A stretch of DNA of 64,000 nucleotides, taken from positions 1,674,001 through 1,738,000 of the forward strand of contig OZ024756.1 of assembly GCA_964016885.1 (NCBI GenBank), written 5' to 3'. The stretch is from Eledone cirrhosa. Its lineage: Eukaryota. The position numbers were made by a program, and so were the translations under genes. This document shows, in pieces, positions 36,311 to 49,400 of this stretch (position 1 is the stretch's first letter; each line of letters opens with the position of its first letter). The notes beneath the pieces were generated by a model that did no database searches, had not been told where the DNA came from, and was given only the letters and a program-made list of their open reading frames with translations.

Positions 36311-39300
36311 TCAGTGATCTGGTCCTCTGTCTTGCTGTCTTCAGTTCATCTATGAAGTGTGCAGTGTCAGTGATCTGGTCCTCTGTCTTGCTGTCTTCAG
36401 TACATCTATGAAGTGTGCAGTGTCAGTGATCTGGTCCTCTGTCTTGCTGTCTTCAGTACATCTATGAAGTGTGCAGTGTCAGTGATCTGGTCCTCTGTCT
36501 TGCTGTCTTCAGTTCATCTATGAAGTATGCAGTGTCAGTGATCTGGTCCTCTGTCTTGCTGTCTTCAGTACATCTATGAAGTGTGCAGTGTCAGTGATCT
36601 GGTCCTCTGTCTTGCTGTCTTCAGTTCATCTATGAAGTGTGCAGTGTGAGTGATCTGGTCCTCTGTCTTGCTGTCTTCAGTACATCTATGAAGTGTGCAG
36701 TGTCAGTGATCTCGTCCTCTGTCTTGCTGTCTTCAGTACATCTATGAAGTGTGCAGTGTCAGTGATCTGGTCCTCTGTCATGCTGTCTTCAGTTCACCTA
36801 TGAAGTGTGCAGTGTCAGTGATCTGGTCCTCTGTCTTGCTGTCTTCAGTTCATCTATGAAGTATGCAGTGTCAGTGATCTGGTCCTCTGTCTTGCTGTCT
36901 TCAGTACATCTGTGAAGTTTGTAGTGTCAGTGATCAGGTCCTCTGTCTTGCTGTCTTCAGTACATCTATGTAGTGTGCAGTGTCAGTGATCTGGTCCTCT
37001 GTCTTGCTGTCTTCAGTACATCTGTGAAGTGTGTAGTGTCAGTGATCAGGTCCTCTGTCTTGCTGTCTTAAGAACATCTATGTAGTGTGCAGTGTCAGTG
37101 ATCAGGTCCTCTGTCTTGCTGTCTTCAGTACATCTATGTAGTGTGCAGTGTCAGTGATCTGGTCCTCTGTCTTGCTGTCTTCAGTACATCTGTGAAATGT
37201 GTAGTGTCGGTGATCAGGTCCTCTGTCTTGCTGTCTTCAGTACATCTATGAAGTGTGCAGTGTCAGTGATCTGGTCCTCTGTCTTGCCGTCTTCAGTACT
37301 TCTATGAAGTGTGCAGTGTCAGTGATCTGGTCCTCTGTCTTGCTGTCTTCAGTACATATATGAAGTGTGCAGTGTCAGTGATCTGGTCCTCTGTCTTGCT
37401 GTCTTCAGTACATCTATGAAGTGTGCAGTGTCAGTGATCTCGTCCTCTGTCTTGCTGTCTTAAGTACATGTATGAAGTGTGCAGTGTCAGTGATCTGGTC
37501 CTCTGTCTTGCTGTCTTCAGTACATCTATGAAGTGCGCAGTGTCAGTGATCTGGTCCTCTGTCTTGCTGTCTTCAGTACATCTATGAAGTGTGCAGTGTC
37601 AGTGATCTGGTCCTCTGTCTTGCTGTCTTCAGTTCATCTATGAAGTGTGCAGTGTCAGTGATCTGGTCCTCTGTCTTGCTGTCTTCAGTACATCTATGAA
37701 GTGTGCAGTGTCAGTGATCTGGTCTTCTGTCTTGCTGTCTTCAGTACATCTATGAAGTGTGCAGTGTCAGTGATCTCGTCCTCTGTCTTGCTGTCTTAAG
37801 TACATCTATGAAGTGTGCAGTGTCAGTGATCTGGTCCTCTGTCTTGCTGTGTTCAGTTCATCTATGAAGTGTGCAGTGTCAGTGATCTGGTCTTCTGTCT
37901 TGCTGTCTTCAGTACATCTATGAAGTGTGCAGTGTCAGTGATCTGGTCCTCTGTCTTGCTGTCTTCAGTACATCTATGAAGTGTGCAGTGTCAGTGATCT
38001 GGTCCTCTGTCTTGCTGTCTTCAGTTCATCTATGAAGTGTGCAGTGTCAGTGATCTGGTCCTCTGTCTTGCTGTCTTCAGTTCATCTATGAAGTATGCAG
38101 TGTCAGTGATCTGGTCCTCTGTCTTGCTGTCTTCAGTACATCTGTGAACTTTGTAGTGTCAGTGAACAGATCGTCTGTCTTGCTGTCTTCAGTACATCTA
38201 TGTAGTGTGCAGTGTCAGTGATCTGGTCCTCTGTCTTGCTGTCTTCAGTACATCTATGAATTGTGCAGTGTCAGTGATCTGGTCTTCTGTCTTGCTGTCT
38301 TCAGTTCATCTATGAAGTGTGCAGTGTCAGTGATCTGGTCCTCTGTCTTGGTGTCTTCAGTTCATCTATGAAGTATGCAGTGTCAGTGATCTGGTCCTCT
38401 GTCTTGCTGTCTTCAGTACATCTATGAAGTGTGCAGTGTCAGTGATCTGGTCCTCTGTCTTGCTGTCTTCAGTTCATCTATGAAGTGTGCAGTGTGAGTG
38501 ATCTGGTCCTCTGTCTTGCTGTCTTCAGTACATCTATGAAGTGTGCAGTGTCAGTGATCTCGTCCTCTGTCTTGCTGTCTTCAGTACATCTATGAAGTGT
38601 GCAGTGTCAGTGATCTGGTCCTCTGTCATGCTGTCTTCAGTTCATCTATGAAGTGTGCAGTGTCAGTGATCTGGTCCTCTGTCTTGCTGTCTTCAGTTCA
38701 TCTATGAAGTATGCAGTGTCAGTGATCTGGTCCTCTGTCTTGCTGTCTTCAGTACATCTGTGAACTTTGTAGTGTCAGTGAACAGATCGTCTGTCTTGCT
38801 GTCTTCAGTACATCTATGTAGTGTGCAGTGTCAGTGATCTGGTCCTCTGTCTTGCTGTCTTCAGTACATCTATGAAGTGTGCAGTGTCAGTGATCTGGTC
38901 TTCTGTCTTGCTGTCTTCAGTTCATCTATGAAGTGTGCAGTGTCAGTGATCTGGTCCTCTGTCTTGCTGTCTTCAGTACATCTGTGAAGTTTGTAGTGTC
39001 AGTGATCAGGTCCTCTGTCTTGCTATCTTCAGTACATCTATGTAGTGTGCAGTGTCAGTGATCTGGTCCTCTGTCTTGCTGTCTTCAGTACATCTGTGAA
39101 GTGTGTAGTGTCAGTGATCAGGTCCTCTGTCTTGCTGTCTTAAGAACATCTATGTAGTGTGCAGTGTCAGTGATCAGGTCCTCTGTCTTGCTGTTTTCAG
39201 TACATCTATGTAGTGTGCAGTGTCAGTGATCTGGTCCTCTGTCTTGCTGTCTTCAGTACATCTGTGAAGTGTGTAGTGTCGGTGATCAGGTCCTCTGTCT

Positions 39301-42300
39301 TGCTGTCTTCAGTACATCTATAAAGTGTGCAGTGTCAGTGATCTGGTCCTCTGTCTTGCTGTCTTCAGTACTTCTATGAAGTGTGCAGTGTCAGTGATCT
39401 GGTCCTCTGTCTTGCTGTCTTCAGTACATATATGAAGTGTGCAGTGTCAGTGATCTGGTCCTCTGTCTTGCTGTCTTCAGTACATCTATGAAGTGTGCAG
39501 TGTCAGTGATCTCGTCCTCTGTCTTGCTGTCTTAAGTACATGTATGAAGTGTGCAGTGTCAGTGATCTGGTCCTCTGTCTTGCTGTCTTCAGTACATCTA
39601 TGAAGTGCGCAGTGTCAGTGATCTGGTCCTCTGTCTTGCTGTCTTCAGTACATCTATGAAGTGTGCAGTGTCAGTGATCTGGTCCTCTGTCTTGCTGTCT
39701 TCAGTTCATCTATGAAGTGTGCAGTGTTAGTGATCTGGTCCACTCTCTTGCTGTCTTCAGTACATCTATGAAGTGTGCAGTGTCAGTGATCTGGTCCTCT
39801 GTCTTGCTGTCTTCAGTACATCTATGAAGTGTGCAGTGTCAGTGATCTGGTCTTCTGTCTTGCTGTCTTCAGTACATCTATGAAGTGTGCAGTGTCAGTG
39901 ATCTCGTCCTCTGTCTTGCTGTCTTCAGTACATCTATGAAGTGTGCAGTGTCAGTGATCTCGTCCTCTGTCTTGCTGTGTTCAGTTCATCTATGAAGTGT
40001 GCAGTGTCAGTGATCTGGTCTTCTGTCTTGCTGTCTTCAGTACATCTATGAAGTGTGCAGTGTCAGTGATCTGGTCCTCTGTCTTGCTGTCTTCAGTACA
40101 TCTATGAAGTGTGCAGTGTCAGTGATCTGGTCCTCTGTCTTGCTGTCTTCAGTACATCTATGAAGTGTGCAGTGTCAGTGATCTGGTCCTCTGTCTTGCT
40201 GTCTTCAGTTCATCTATGAAGTATGCAGTGTCAGTGATCTGGTCCTCTGTCTTGCTGTCTTCAGTACATCTGTGAACTTTGTAGTGTCAGTGAACAGATC
40301 GTCTGTCTTGCTGTCTTCAGTACATCTATGTAGTGTGCAGTGTCAGTCATCTGGTCCTCTGTCTTGCTGTCTTCAGTACATCTATGAAGTGTGCAGTGTC
40401 AGTGATCTGGTCTTCTGTCTTGCTGTCTTCAGTTCATCTATGAAGTGTGCAGTGTCAGTGATCTGGTCCTCTGTCTTGCTGTCTTCAGTACATCTGTGAA
40501 GTTTGTAGTGTCAGTGATCTGGTCCTCTGTCTTGCTGTCTTCAGTTCATCTATGAAGTGTGCAGTGTCAGTGATCTGGTCCTCTGTCTTGCTGTCTTCAG
40601 TTCATCTATGAAGTATGCAGTGTCAGTGATCTCGTCCTCTGTCTTGCTGTCTTCAGTACATCTATGAAGTGTGCAGTGTCAGTGATCTGGTCCTCTGTCT
40701 TGCTGTCTTCAGTACATCTGTGAACTTTGTAGTGTCAGTGCTCAGATCCTCTGTCTTGCTGTCTTCAGTACATCTATGTAGTGTGCAGTGTCAGTGATCT
40801 GGTCCTCTGTCTTGCTGTCTTCAGTACATCTATGAAGTGTGCAGTGTCAGTGATCTGGTCCTCTGTATTGCTGTCTTCAGTTCATCTATGAAGTGTGCAG
40901 TGTCAGTGATCTGGTCCTCTGTCTTGCTGTCTTCAGTACATCTGTGAAGTGTGTAGTGTCAGTGATCAGGTCCTCTGTCTTGCTGTCTTAAGTACATCTA
41001 TGTAGTGTGCAGTGTCAGTGATCAGGTCCTCTGCCTTGCTGTCTTCAGTACATCTATGTAGTGTGCAGTGTCAGTGATCTGATCCTCTGTCTTGCTGTCT
41101 TCAGTACATCTGTGAAGTGTGTAGTGTCAGTGATCAGGTCCTCTGTCTTGCTGTCTTCAGTACATCTATGAAGTGTGCAGTGTCAGTGATCTGGTCCTCT
41201 GTCTTGCTGTCTTCAGTACATCTATGAAGTGTGCAGTGTCAGTGATCTGGTCCTCTGTCTTGCTGTCTTCAGTACATGTATGAAGTGTGCAGTGTCAGTG
41301 ATCTGGTCCTCTGTCTTGCTGTCTTCAGTTCATCTATGAAGTGTGCAGTGTCAGTGATCTGGTCCTCTGTCTTGCTGTCTTCAGTACATCTATGAAGTGT
41401 GCAGTGTCAGTGATCTGGTCCTCTGTCTTGCTGTCTTCAGTACATCTATGAAGTGTGCAGTGTCAGTGATCTGGTCTTCTGTGTTGCTGTCTTCAGTACA
41501 TCTATAAAGTGTGCAGTGTCAGTGATCTCGTCCTCTGTCTTGCTGTCTTCAGTACATCTATGAAGTGTGCAGTGTCAGTGATCTGGCCCTCTGTCTTGCT
41601 GTGTTCAGTTCATCTATGAAGTGTGCAGTGTCAGTGATCTGGACTTCTGTCTTGCTGTCTTCAGTACATCTATGAAGTGTGCAGTGTCAGTGATCTGGTC
41701 CTCTGTCTTGCTGTCTTCAGTACATCTATGAAGTGTGCAGTGTCAGTGAACTGGTCCTCTGTGTTGCTGTCTTCAGTACATTTATGAAGTGTGCAGTGTC
41801 AGTGATCTGGTCCTCGGTCTTGCTGTCTTCAGTTCATCTATGAAGTGTGCAGTGTCAGTGATCTGGTCCTCTGTCTTGCTGTCTTCAGTACATATATGAA
41901 GTGTGCAGTGTCAGTGATCTGGTCCTCTGTCTTGCTGTCTTAAGTTCATCTATGAAGTGTGCAGTGTCAGTGATCTTGTCCTCTGTCTTGCTGTCTTCAG
42001 TTCATCTATGAAGTGTGCAGTGTCAGTGATCTGGTCCTCTGTCTTGCTGTCTTCAGTACATCTATGAAGTGTGCAGTGTCAGTTATCTGGTCCTCTGTCT
42101 TGCTGTCTTCAGTTCATCTGTGAAGTGTGCAGTGTCAGTGATCTGGCCCTCTGTCTTGCTGTCTTCAGTACATCTATGAAGTGAGCAGTGTCAGTGATCT
42201 GGTCCTCTGTCTTGCTGTCTTCAGTTCATCTATGAAGTGTGCAGTGTCAGTGATCTGGTCCTCGGTCTTGCTGTTTTCAGTACATCTATGAAGTGTGCAG

Positions 42301-43449
42301 TGTCAGTGATCTGGTCCTCTGTCTTGCTGTCTTCAGTACATCTATGAAGTGTGCAGTGTCAGGGATCTGGCCCTCTGTCTTGCTGTCTTCAGTTCATCTA
42401 TGAAGTGTGCAGTGTCAGTGATCTGGTACTCTGTCTTGCTGTCTTCAGTACATCTATGAAGTGTGCAGTGTCAGTGATCATGTCCTCTGTCTTGCTGTCT
42501 TCAGTTCATCTATGAAGTGTGCAGTGTCAGTGATCTGGTCCTCTGTCTTGCTGTCTTCACTTCATCTATGAAGTGTGCAGTGTCAGTGATCTGGTCCTCT
42601 GTCTTGCTGTCTTCAGTACATCTATGAAGTGTGCATTGTCAGTGATCTGGTCCTCTGTCTTGCTGTCTTCAGTACATCTATGGAGTGTGCAGTGTCAGTG
42701 ATCTGGTCCTCTGTCTTGCTGTCTTCAGTTCATCTATGAAGTATGCAGTGTCAGTGATCTCGTCCTCTGTCTTGCTGTCTTCAGTACATCTATGAAGTGT
42801 GCAGTGTCAGTGATCTGGTCCTCTGTCTTGCTGTCTTCAGTACATCTGTGAACTTTGTAGTGTCAGTGATCAGATCCTCTGTCTTGCTGTCTTCAGTACA
42901 TCTATGAAGTGTGCAGTGTCAGTGATATGGTCCTCTGTCTTGCTGTCTTCAGTTCATCTATGAAGTGTGCAGTGTCAGTGATCTGGTCCTCTGTCTTGCT
43001 GTCTTCAGTACATCTGTGAAGTTTGTAGTGTCAGTGATCATGTCCTCTGTCTTGCTGTCTTCAGTACATCTATGTAGTGTGCAGTGTCAGTGATCTGGTC
43101 CTCTGTCTTGCTGTCTTCAGTACATCTGTTAAGTGTGTAGTGTCAGTGATCAGGTCCTCTGTCTTGCTGTCTTAAGTACATCTATGTAGTGTGCAGTGTC
43201 AGTGATCAGGTCCTCTGTCTTGCTGTCTTCAGTACATCTATGTAGTGTGCAGTATCAGTGATCTGGTCCTCTGTCTTGCTGTCTTCAGTACGTCTGTGAA
43301 GTGTGTAGTGTCGGTGATCAGGTCCTCTGTCTTGCTGTCTTCAGTACATCTATGAAGTGTGCAGTGTCAGTGATCTGGTCCTCTGTCTTGCTGTCTTCAG
43401 TACTTCTATGAAGTGTGCAGTGTCAGTGATCTGGTCCTCTGTCTTGCTG

Positions 43450-46400
43450 TCTTCAGTTCATCTATGAAGTGTGCAGTGTCAGTGATCTGGTCCTCTGTCT
43501 TGCTGTCTTCAGTACATCTATGAAGTGTGCAGTGTCAGTGATCTCGTCCTCTGTCTTGCTGTCTTAAGTACATGTATGAAGTGTGCAGTGTCAGTGAACT
43601 GGTCCTCTGTCTTGCTGTCTTCAGTTCATCTATGAAGTGTGCAGTGTCAGTGATCTGGTCCTCCGTCTTGCTGTTTTCAGTACATCTATGAAGTGTGCAG
43701 TGTCAGTGATCTGGTCCTCTGTCTTGCTGTCTTCAGTACATCTATGAAGTGTGCAGTGTCAGGGATCTGGTCCTCTGTCTTGCTGTCTTCAGTTCATCTA
43801 TGAAGTGTGCAGTGTCAGTGATCTGGTCCTCTGTCTTGCTGTCTTCAGTTCATCTATGAAGTGTGCAGTGTCAGTGATCTGGTCCTCTGTCTTGCTGTCT
43901 TCAGTTCATCTATGAAGTGTGCAGTGTCAGTGATCTGGTCCTCTGTCTTGCTGTCTTCAGTACATCTATGAAGTGTGCAGTGTCAGTGATCTGGTCCTCT
44001 GTCTTGCTGTCTTCAGTACATCTATGAAGTGTGCAGTGTCAGTGATCTGGTCCTCTGTCTTGCTGTCTTCAGTTCATCTATGAAGTATGCAGTGTCAGTC
44101 ATCTGGTCCTCTGTCTTGCTGTCTTCAGTACATCTATGAAGTGTGCAGTGTCAGTGATCTGGTCCTCTGTCTTGCTGTCTTCAGTTCATCTCTGAAGTGT
44201 GCAGTGTGAGTGATCTGGTCCTCTGTCTTGCTGTCTTCAGTACATCTATGAAGTGTGCAGTGTCAGTGATCTCGTCCTTTGTCTTGCTGTCTTCAGTACA
44301 TCTATGAAGTGTGCAGTGTCAGTGATCTGGTCCTCTGTCATGCTGTCTTCAGTTCATCTATGAAGTGTGCAGTGTCAGTGATCTGGTCCTCTATCTTGCT
44401 GTCTTCAGTTCATCTATGAAGTATGCAGTGTCAGTGATCTGGTCCTCTGTCTTGCTGTCTTCAGTATATCTGTGAACTTTGTAGTGTCAGTGAACAGATC
44501 GTCTGTCTTGCTGTCTTCAGTACATCTATATAGTGTGCAGTGTCAGTGATCTGGTCCTCTGTCTTGCTGTCTTCAGTACATCTATGAAGTGTGCAGTGTC
44601 AGTGATCTGGTCTTCTGTCTTGCTGTCTTCAGTTCATCTATGAAGTGTGCAGTGTCAGTGATCTGGTCCTCTGTCTTGCTGTCTTCAGTACATCTGTGAA
44701 GTTTGTAGTGTCAGTGATCAGGTCCTCTGTTTTGCTGTCTTCAGTACATCTATGAAGTGTGCAGTGTCAGTGATCTGGTCCTCTGTCTTGCTGTCTTCAG
44801 TACTTCTATGAAGTGTGCAGTGTCAGTGATCTGGTCCTCTGTCTTGCTGTCTTCAGTACATCTATGAAGTGTGCAGTGTCAGTGATCTGGTCCTCTGTCT
44901 TGCTGTCTTCAGTACATCTATGAAGTGTGCAGTGTCAGTGATCTCGTCCTCTGTCTTGCTGTCTTAAGTACATGTATGAAGTGTGCAGTGTCAGTGAACT
45001 GGTCCTCTGTCTTGCTGTCTTCAGTTCATCTATGAAGTGTGCAGTGTCAGTGATCTGGTCCTCCGTCTTGCTGTTTTCAGTACATCTATGAAGTGTGCAG
45101 TGTCAGTGATCTGGTCCTCTGTCTTGCTGTCTTCAGTACATCTATGAAGTGTGCAGTGTCAGGGATCTGGTCCTCTGTCTTGCTGTCTTCAGTTCATCTA
45201 TGAAGTGTGCAGTGTCAGTGATCTGGTCCTCTGTCTTGCTGTCTTCAGTACATCTATGAAGTGTGCAGTGTCAGTGATCTGGTCCTCTGTCTTGCTGTCT
45301 TCAGTTCATCTATGAAGTGTGCAGTGTCAGTGATCTGGTCCTCTGTCTTGCTGTCTTCAGTTCATCTATGAAGTGTGCAGTGTCAGTGATCTGGTCCTCT
45401 GTCTTGCTGTCTTCAGTACATCTATGAAGTGTGCAGTGTCAGTGATCTGGTCCTCTGTCTTGCTGTCTTCAGTACATCTATGAAGTGTGCAGTGTCAGTG
45501 ATCTGGTCCTCTGTCTTGCTGTCTTCAGTTCATCTATGAAGTATGCAGTGTCAGTGATCTGGTCCTCTGTCTTGCTGTCTTCAGTACATCTATGAAGTGT
45601 GCAGTGTCAGTGATCTGGTCCTCTGTCTTGCTGTCTACAGTTCATCTCTGAAGTGTGCAGTGTGAGTGATCTGGTCCTCTGTCTTGCTGTCTTCAGTACA
45701 TCTATGAAGTGTGCAGTGTCAGTGATCTCGTCCTTTGTCTTGCTGTCTTCAGTACATCTATGAAGTGTGCAGTGTCAGTGATCTGGTCCTCTGTCATGCT
45801 GGCTTCAGTTCATCTATGAAGTGTGCAGTGTCAGTGATCTGGTCCTCTATCTTGCTGTCTTCAGTTCATCTATGAAGTATGCAGTGTCAGTGATCTGGTC
45901 CTCTGTCTTGCTGTCTTCAGTACATCTGTGAACTTTGTAGTGTCAGTGAACAGATCGTCTGTCTTGCTGTCTTCAGTACATCTATATAGTGTGCAGTGTC
46001 AGTGATCTGGTCCTCTGTCTTGCTGTCTTCAGTACATCTATGAAGTGTGCAGTGTCAGTTATCTGGTCCTCTGTCTTGCTGTCTTCAGTTCATCTGTGAA
46101 GTGTGCAGTGTCAGTGATCTGGCCCTCTGTCTTGCTGTCTTCAGTACATCTATGAAGTGTGCAGTGTCAGTGATCTGGTCCTCTGTCTTGCTGTCTTCAG
46201 TTCATCTATGAAGTGTGCAGTGTCAGTGATCTGGTCCTCGGTCTTGCTGTTTTCAGTACATCTATGAAGTGTGCAGTGTCAGTGATCTGGTCCTCTGTCT
46301 TGCTGTCTTCAGTACATCTATGAATTGTGCAGTGTCAGGGATCTGGCCCTCTGTCTTGCTGTCTTCAGTTCATCTATGAAGTGTGCAGTGTCAGTGATCT

Positions 46401-49400
46401 GGTCCTCTGTCTTGCTGTCTTCAGTACATCTATGAAGTGTGCAGGGTCAGTGATCTGGTCCTCTGTCTTGCTGTCTTCAGTTCATCTATGAAGTGTGCAG
46501 TGTCAGTGATCTGGTCCTCTCTCTTGCTGTCTTCACTTCATCTATGAAGTGTGCAGTGTCAGTGATCTGGTCCTCTGTCTTGCTGTCTTCAGTACATCTA
46601 TGAAGTGTGCATTGTCAGTGATCTGGTCCTCTGTCTTGCTGTCTTCAGTACATCTATGAAGTGTGCAGTGTCAGTGATCTGGTCCTCTGTCTTGCTGTCT
46701 TCAGTTCATCTATGAAGTATGCAGTGTCAGTGATCTCGTCCTCTGTCTTGCTGTCTTCAGTACATCTATGAAGTGTGCAGTGTCAGTGATCTGGTCCTCT
46801 GTCTTGCTGTCTTCAGTACATCTGTGAACTTTGTAGTGTCAGTGATCAGATCCTCTGTCTTGCTGTCTTCAGTACATCTATGTAGTGTGCAGTGTCAGTG
46901 ATCTGCTCCTCTGTCTTGCTGTCTTCAGTACATCTATGAAGTGTGCAGTGTCAGTGATATGGTCCTCTGTCTTGCTGTCTTCAGTTCATCTATGAAGTGT
47001 GCAGTGTCAGTGATCTGGTCCTCTGTCTTGCTGTCTTCAGTACATCTGTGAAGTTTGTAGTGTCAGTGATCATGTCCTCTGTCTTGCTGTCTTCAGTACA
47101 TCTATGTAGTGTGCAGTGTCAGTGATCTGGTCCTCTGTCTTGCTGTCTTCAGTACATCTGTGAAGTGTGTAGTGTCAGTGATCAGGTCCTCTGTCTTGCT
47201 GTCTTAAGTACATCTATGTAGTGTGCAGTGTCAGTGATCAGGTCCTCTGTCTTGCTGTCTTCAGTACATCTATGTAGTGTGCAGTGTCAGTGATCTGGTC
47301 CTCTGTCTTGCTGTCTTCAGTACGTCTGTGAAGTGTGTAGTGTCGGTGATCAGGTCCTCTGTCTTGCTGTCTTCAGTACATATATGAAGTGTGCAGTGTC
47401 ATGATCTGGTCCTCTGTCTTGCTGTCTTCAGTACATCTATGAAGCGTGCAGTGTCAGTGATCTGGTCCTCTGTCTTGCTGTCTTCAGTTCATCTATGAAG
47501 TGTGCAGTGTCAGTGATCTGGTCCTCTGTCTTGCTGTCTTCAGTTCATCTATGAAGTGTGCAGTGTCAGTGATATGGTCCTCTGTCTTGCCGTCTTCAGT
47601 ACATCTATGAAGTGTGCAGTGTCAGTGAACTGGTCCTCTGTCTTGCTGTCTTAAGTTCATCTATGAAGTGTGCAGTGTCAGTGATCTCGTCCTCTGTCTT
47701 GCTGTCTTAAGTACATGTATGAAGTGTGCAGTGTCAGTGAACTGGTCCTCTGTCTTGCTGTCTTCAGTTCATCTATGAAGTGTGCAGTGTCAGTGATCTG
47801 GTCCTCCGTCTTGCTGTTTTCAGTACATCTATGAAGTGTGCAGTGTCAGTGATCTGGTCCTCTGTCTTGCTGTCTTCAGTACATCTATGAAGTGTGCAGT
47901 GTCAGGGATCTGGTCCTCTGTCTTGCTGTCTTCAGTTCATCTATGAAGTGTGCAGTGTCAATGATCTGGTCCTCTGTCTTGCTGTCTTCAGTACATCTAT
48001 GAAGCGTGCAGTGTCAGTGATCTGGTCCTCTGTCTTGCTGTCTTCTGTTCATCTATGAAGTGTGCAGTGTCAGTGATCTGGTCCTCTGTCTTGCTGTCTT
48101 CAGTTCATCTATGAAGTGTGCAGTGTCAGTGATATGGTCCTCTGTCTTGCTGTCTTCAGTACATCTATGAAGTGTGCAGTGTCAGTGATATGGTCCTCTG
48201 TCTTGCTGTCTTCAGTACATCTATGAAGTGTGCAGTGTCAGTGATCTCGTCCTCTGTCTTGCTGTCTTCAGTACATCTATGAAGTGTGCAGTGTCAGTGA
48301 TCTGGTCCTCTGTCATGCTGTCTTTAGTTCATCTATGAAGTGTGCAGTGTCAGTGATCTGGTCCTCTGTCTTGCTGTCTTCAGTTCATCTATGAAGTATG
48401 CAGTGTCAGTGATCTGGTCCTCTGTCTTGCTGTCTTCAGTACATCTATGAAGTGTGCAGTGTCAGTGATCTGGTCTTCTGTCTTGCTGTCTTCAGTTCAT
48501 CTATGAAGTGTGCAGTGTCAGTGATCTGGTCCTCTGTCTTGCTGTCTTCAGTACATCTGTGAAGTTTGTAGTGTCAGTGATCAGGTCCTCTGTCTTGCTG
48601 TCTTCAGTACATCTATGTAGTGTGCAGTGTCAGTGATCTGGTCCTCTGTCTTGCTGTCTTCAGTACATCTGTGAAGTGTGTAGTGTCAGTGATCAGGTCC
48701 TCTGTCTTGCTGTCTTAAGAACATCTATGTAGTGTGCAGTGTCAGTGATCAGGTCGTCTGTCTTGCTGTCTTCAGTACATCTATGTAGTGTGCAGTGTCA
48801 GTGATCTGGTCCTCTGTCTTGCTGTCTTCAGTACATCTGTGAAGTGTGTAGTGTCGGTGATCAGGTCCTCTGTCTTGCTGTCTTCAGTACATCTATGAAG
48901 TGTGCAGTGTCAGTGATCTGGTCCTCTGTCTTGTTGTCTTCAGTACTTCTATGAAGTGTGCAGTGTCAGTGATCTGGTCCTCTGTCTTGCTGTCTTCGGT
49001 ACATATATGAAGTGTGCAGTGTCAGTGATATGGTCCTCTGTCTTGCTGTCTTCAGTACATCTATGAAGTGTGCAGTGTCAGTGATATGGTCCTCTGTCTT
49101 GCTGTCTTCAGTACATCTATGAAGTGTGCAGTGTCAGTGATCTGGTCCTCTGTCTTGCTGTCTTCAGTTCATCTATGAAGTGTGCAGTGTCAGTGATCTC
49201 GTCCTCTGTCTTGCTGTCTTCAGTACATCTATGAAGTGTGCAGTGTCAGTGATCTGGTCCTCTGTCATGCTGTCTTTAGTTCATCTATGAAGTGTGCAGT
49301 GTCAGTGATCTGGTCCTCTGTCTTGCTGTCTTCAGTTCATCTATGAAGTATGCAGTGTCAGTGATCTGGTCCTCTGTCTTGCTGTCTTCAGTACATCTAT

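Noticed and set aside
4361-40499. Ten Cys/Ser/Val/Leu-rich ORFs in the ORF track (60-114 aa)
   Set aside because: They are translations of the satellite cycling through its three frames (56 mod 3 = 2). The two TGA stops (position 43 and next-monomer position 5) share a frame. ORFs appear only where variants (A45T plus a change at positions 5-7) or the 5-bp insertion bypass them. Most start at GTG and have no gene context, and the similar copies come from block duplication.
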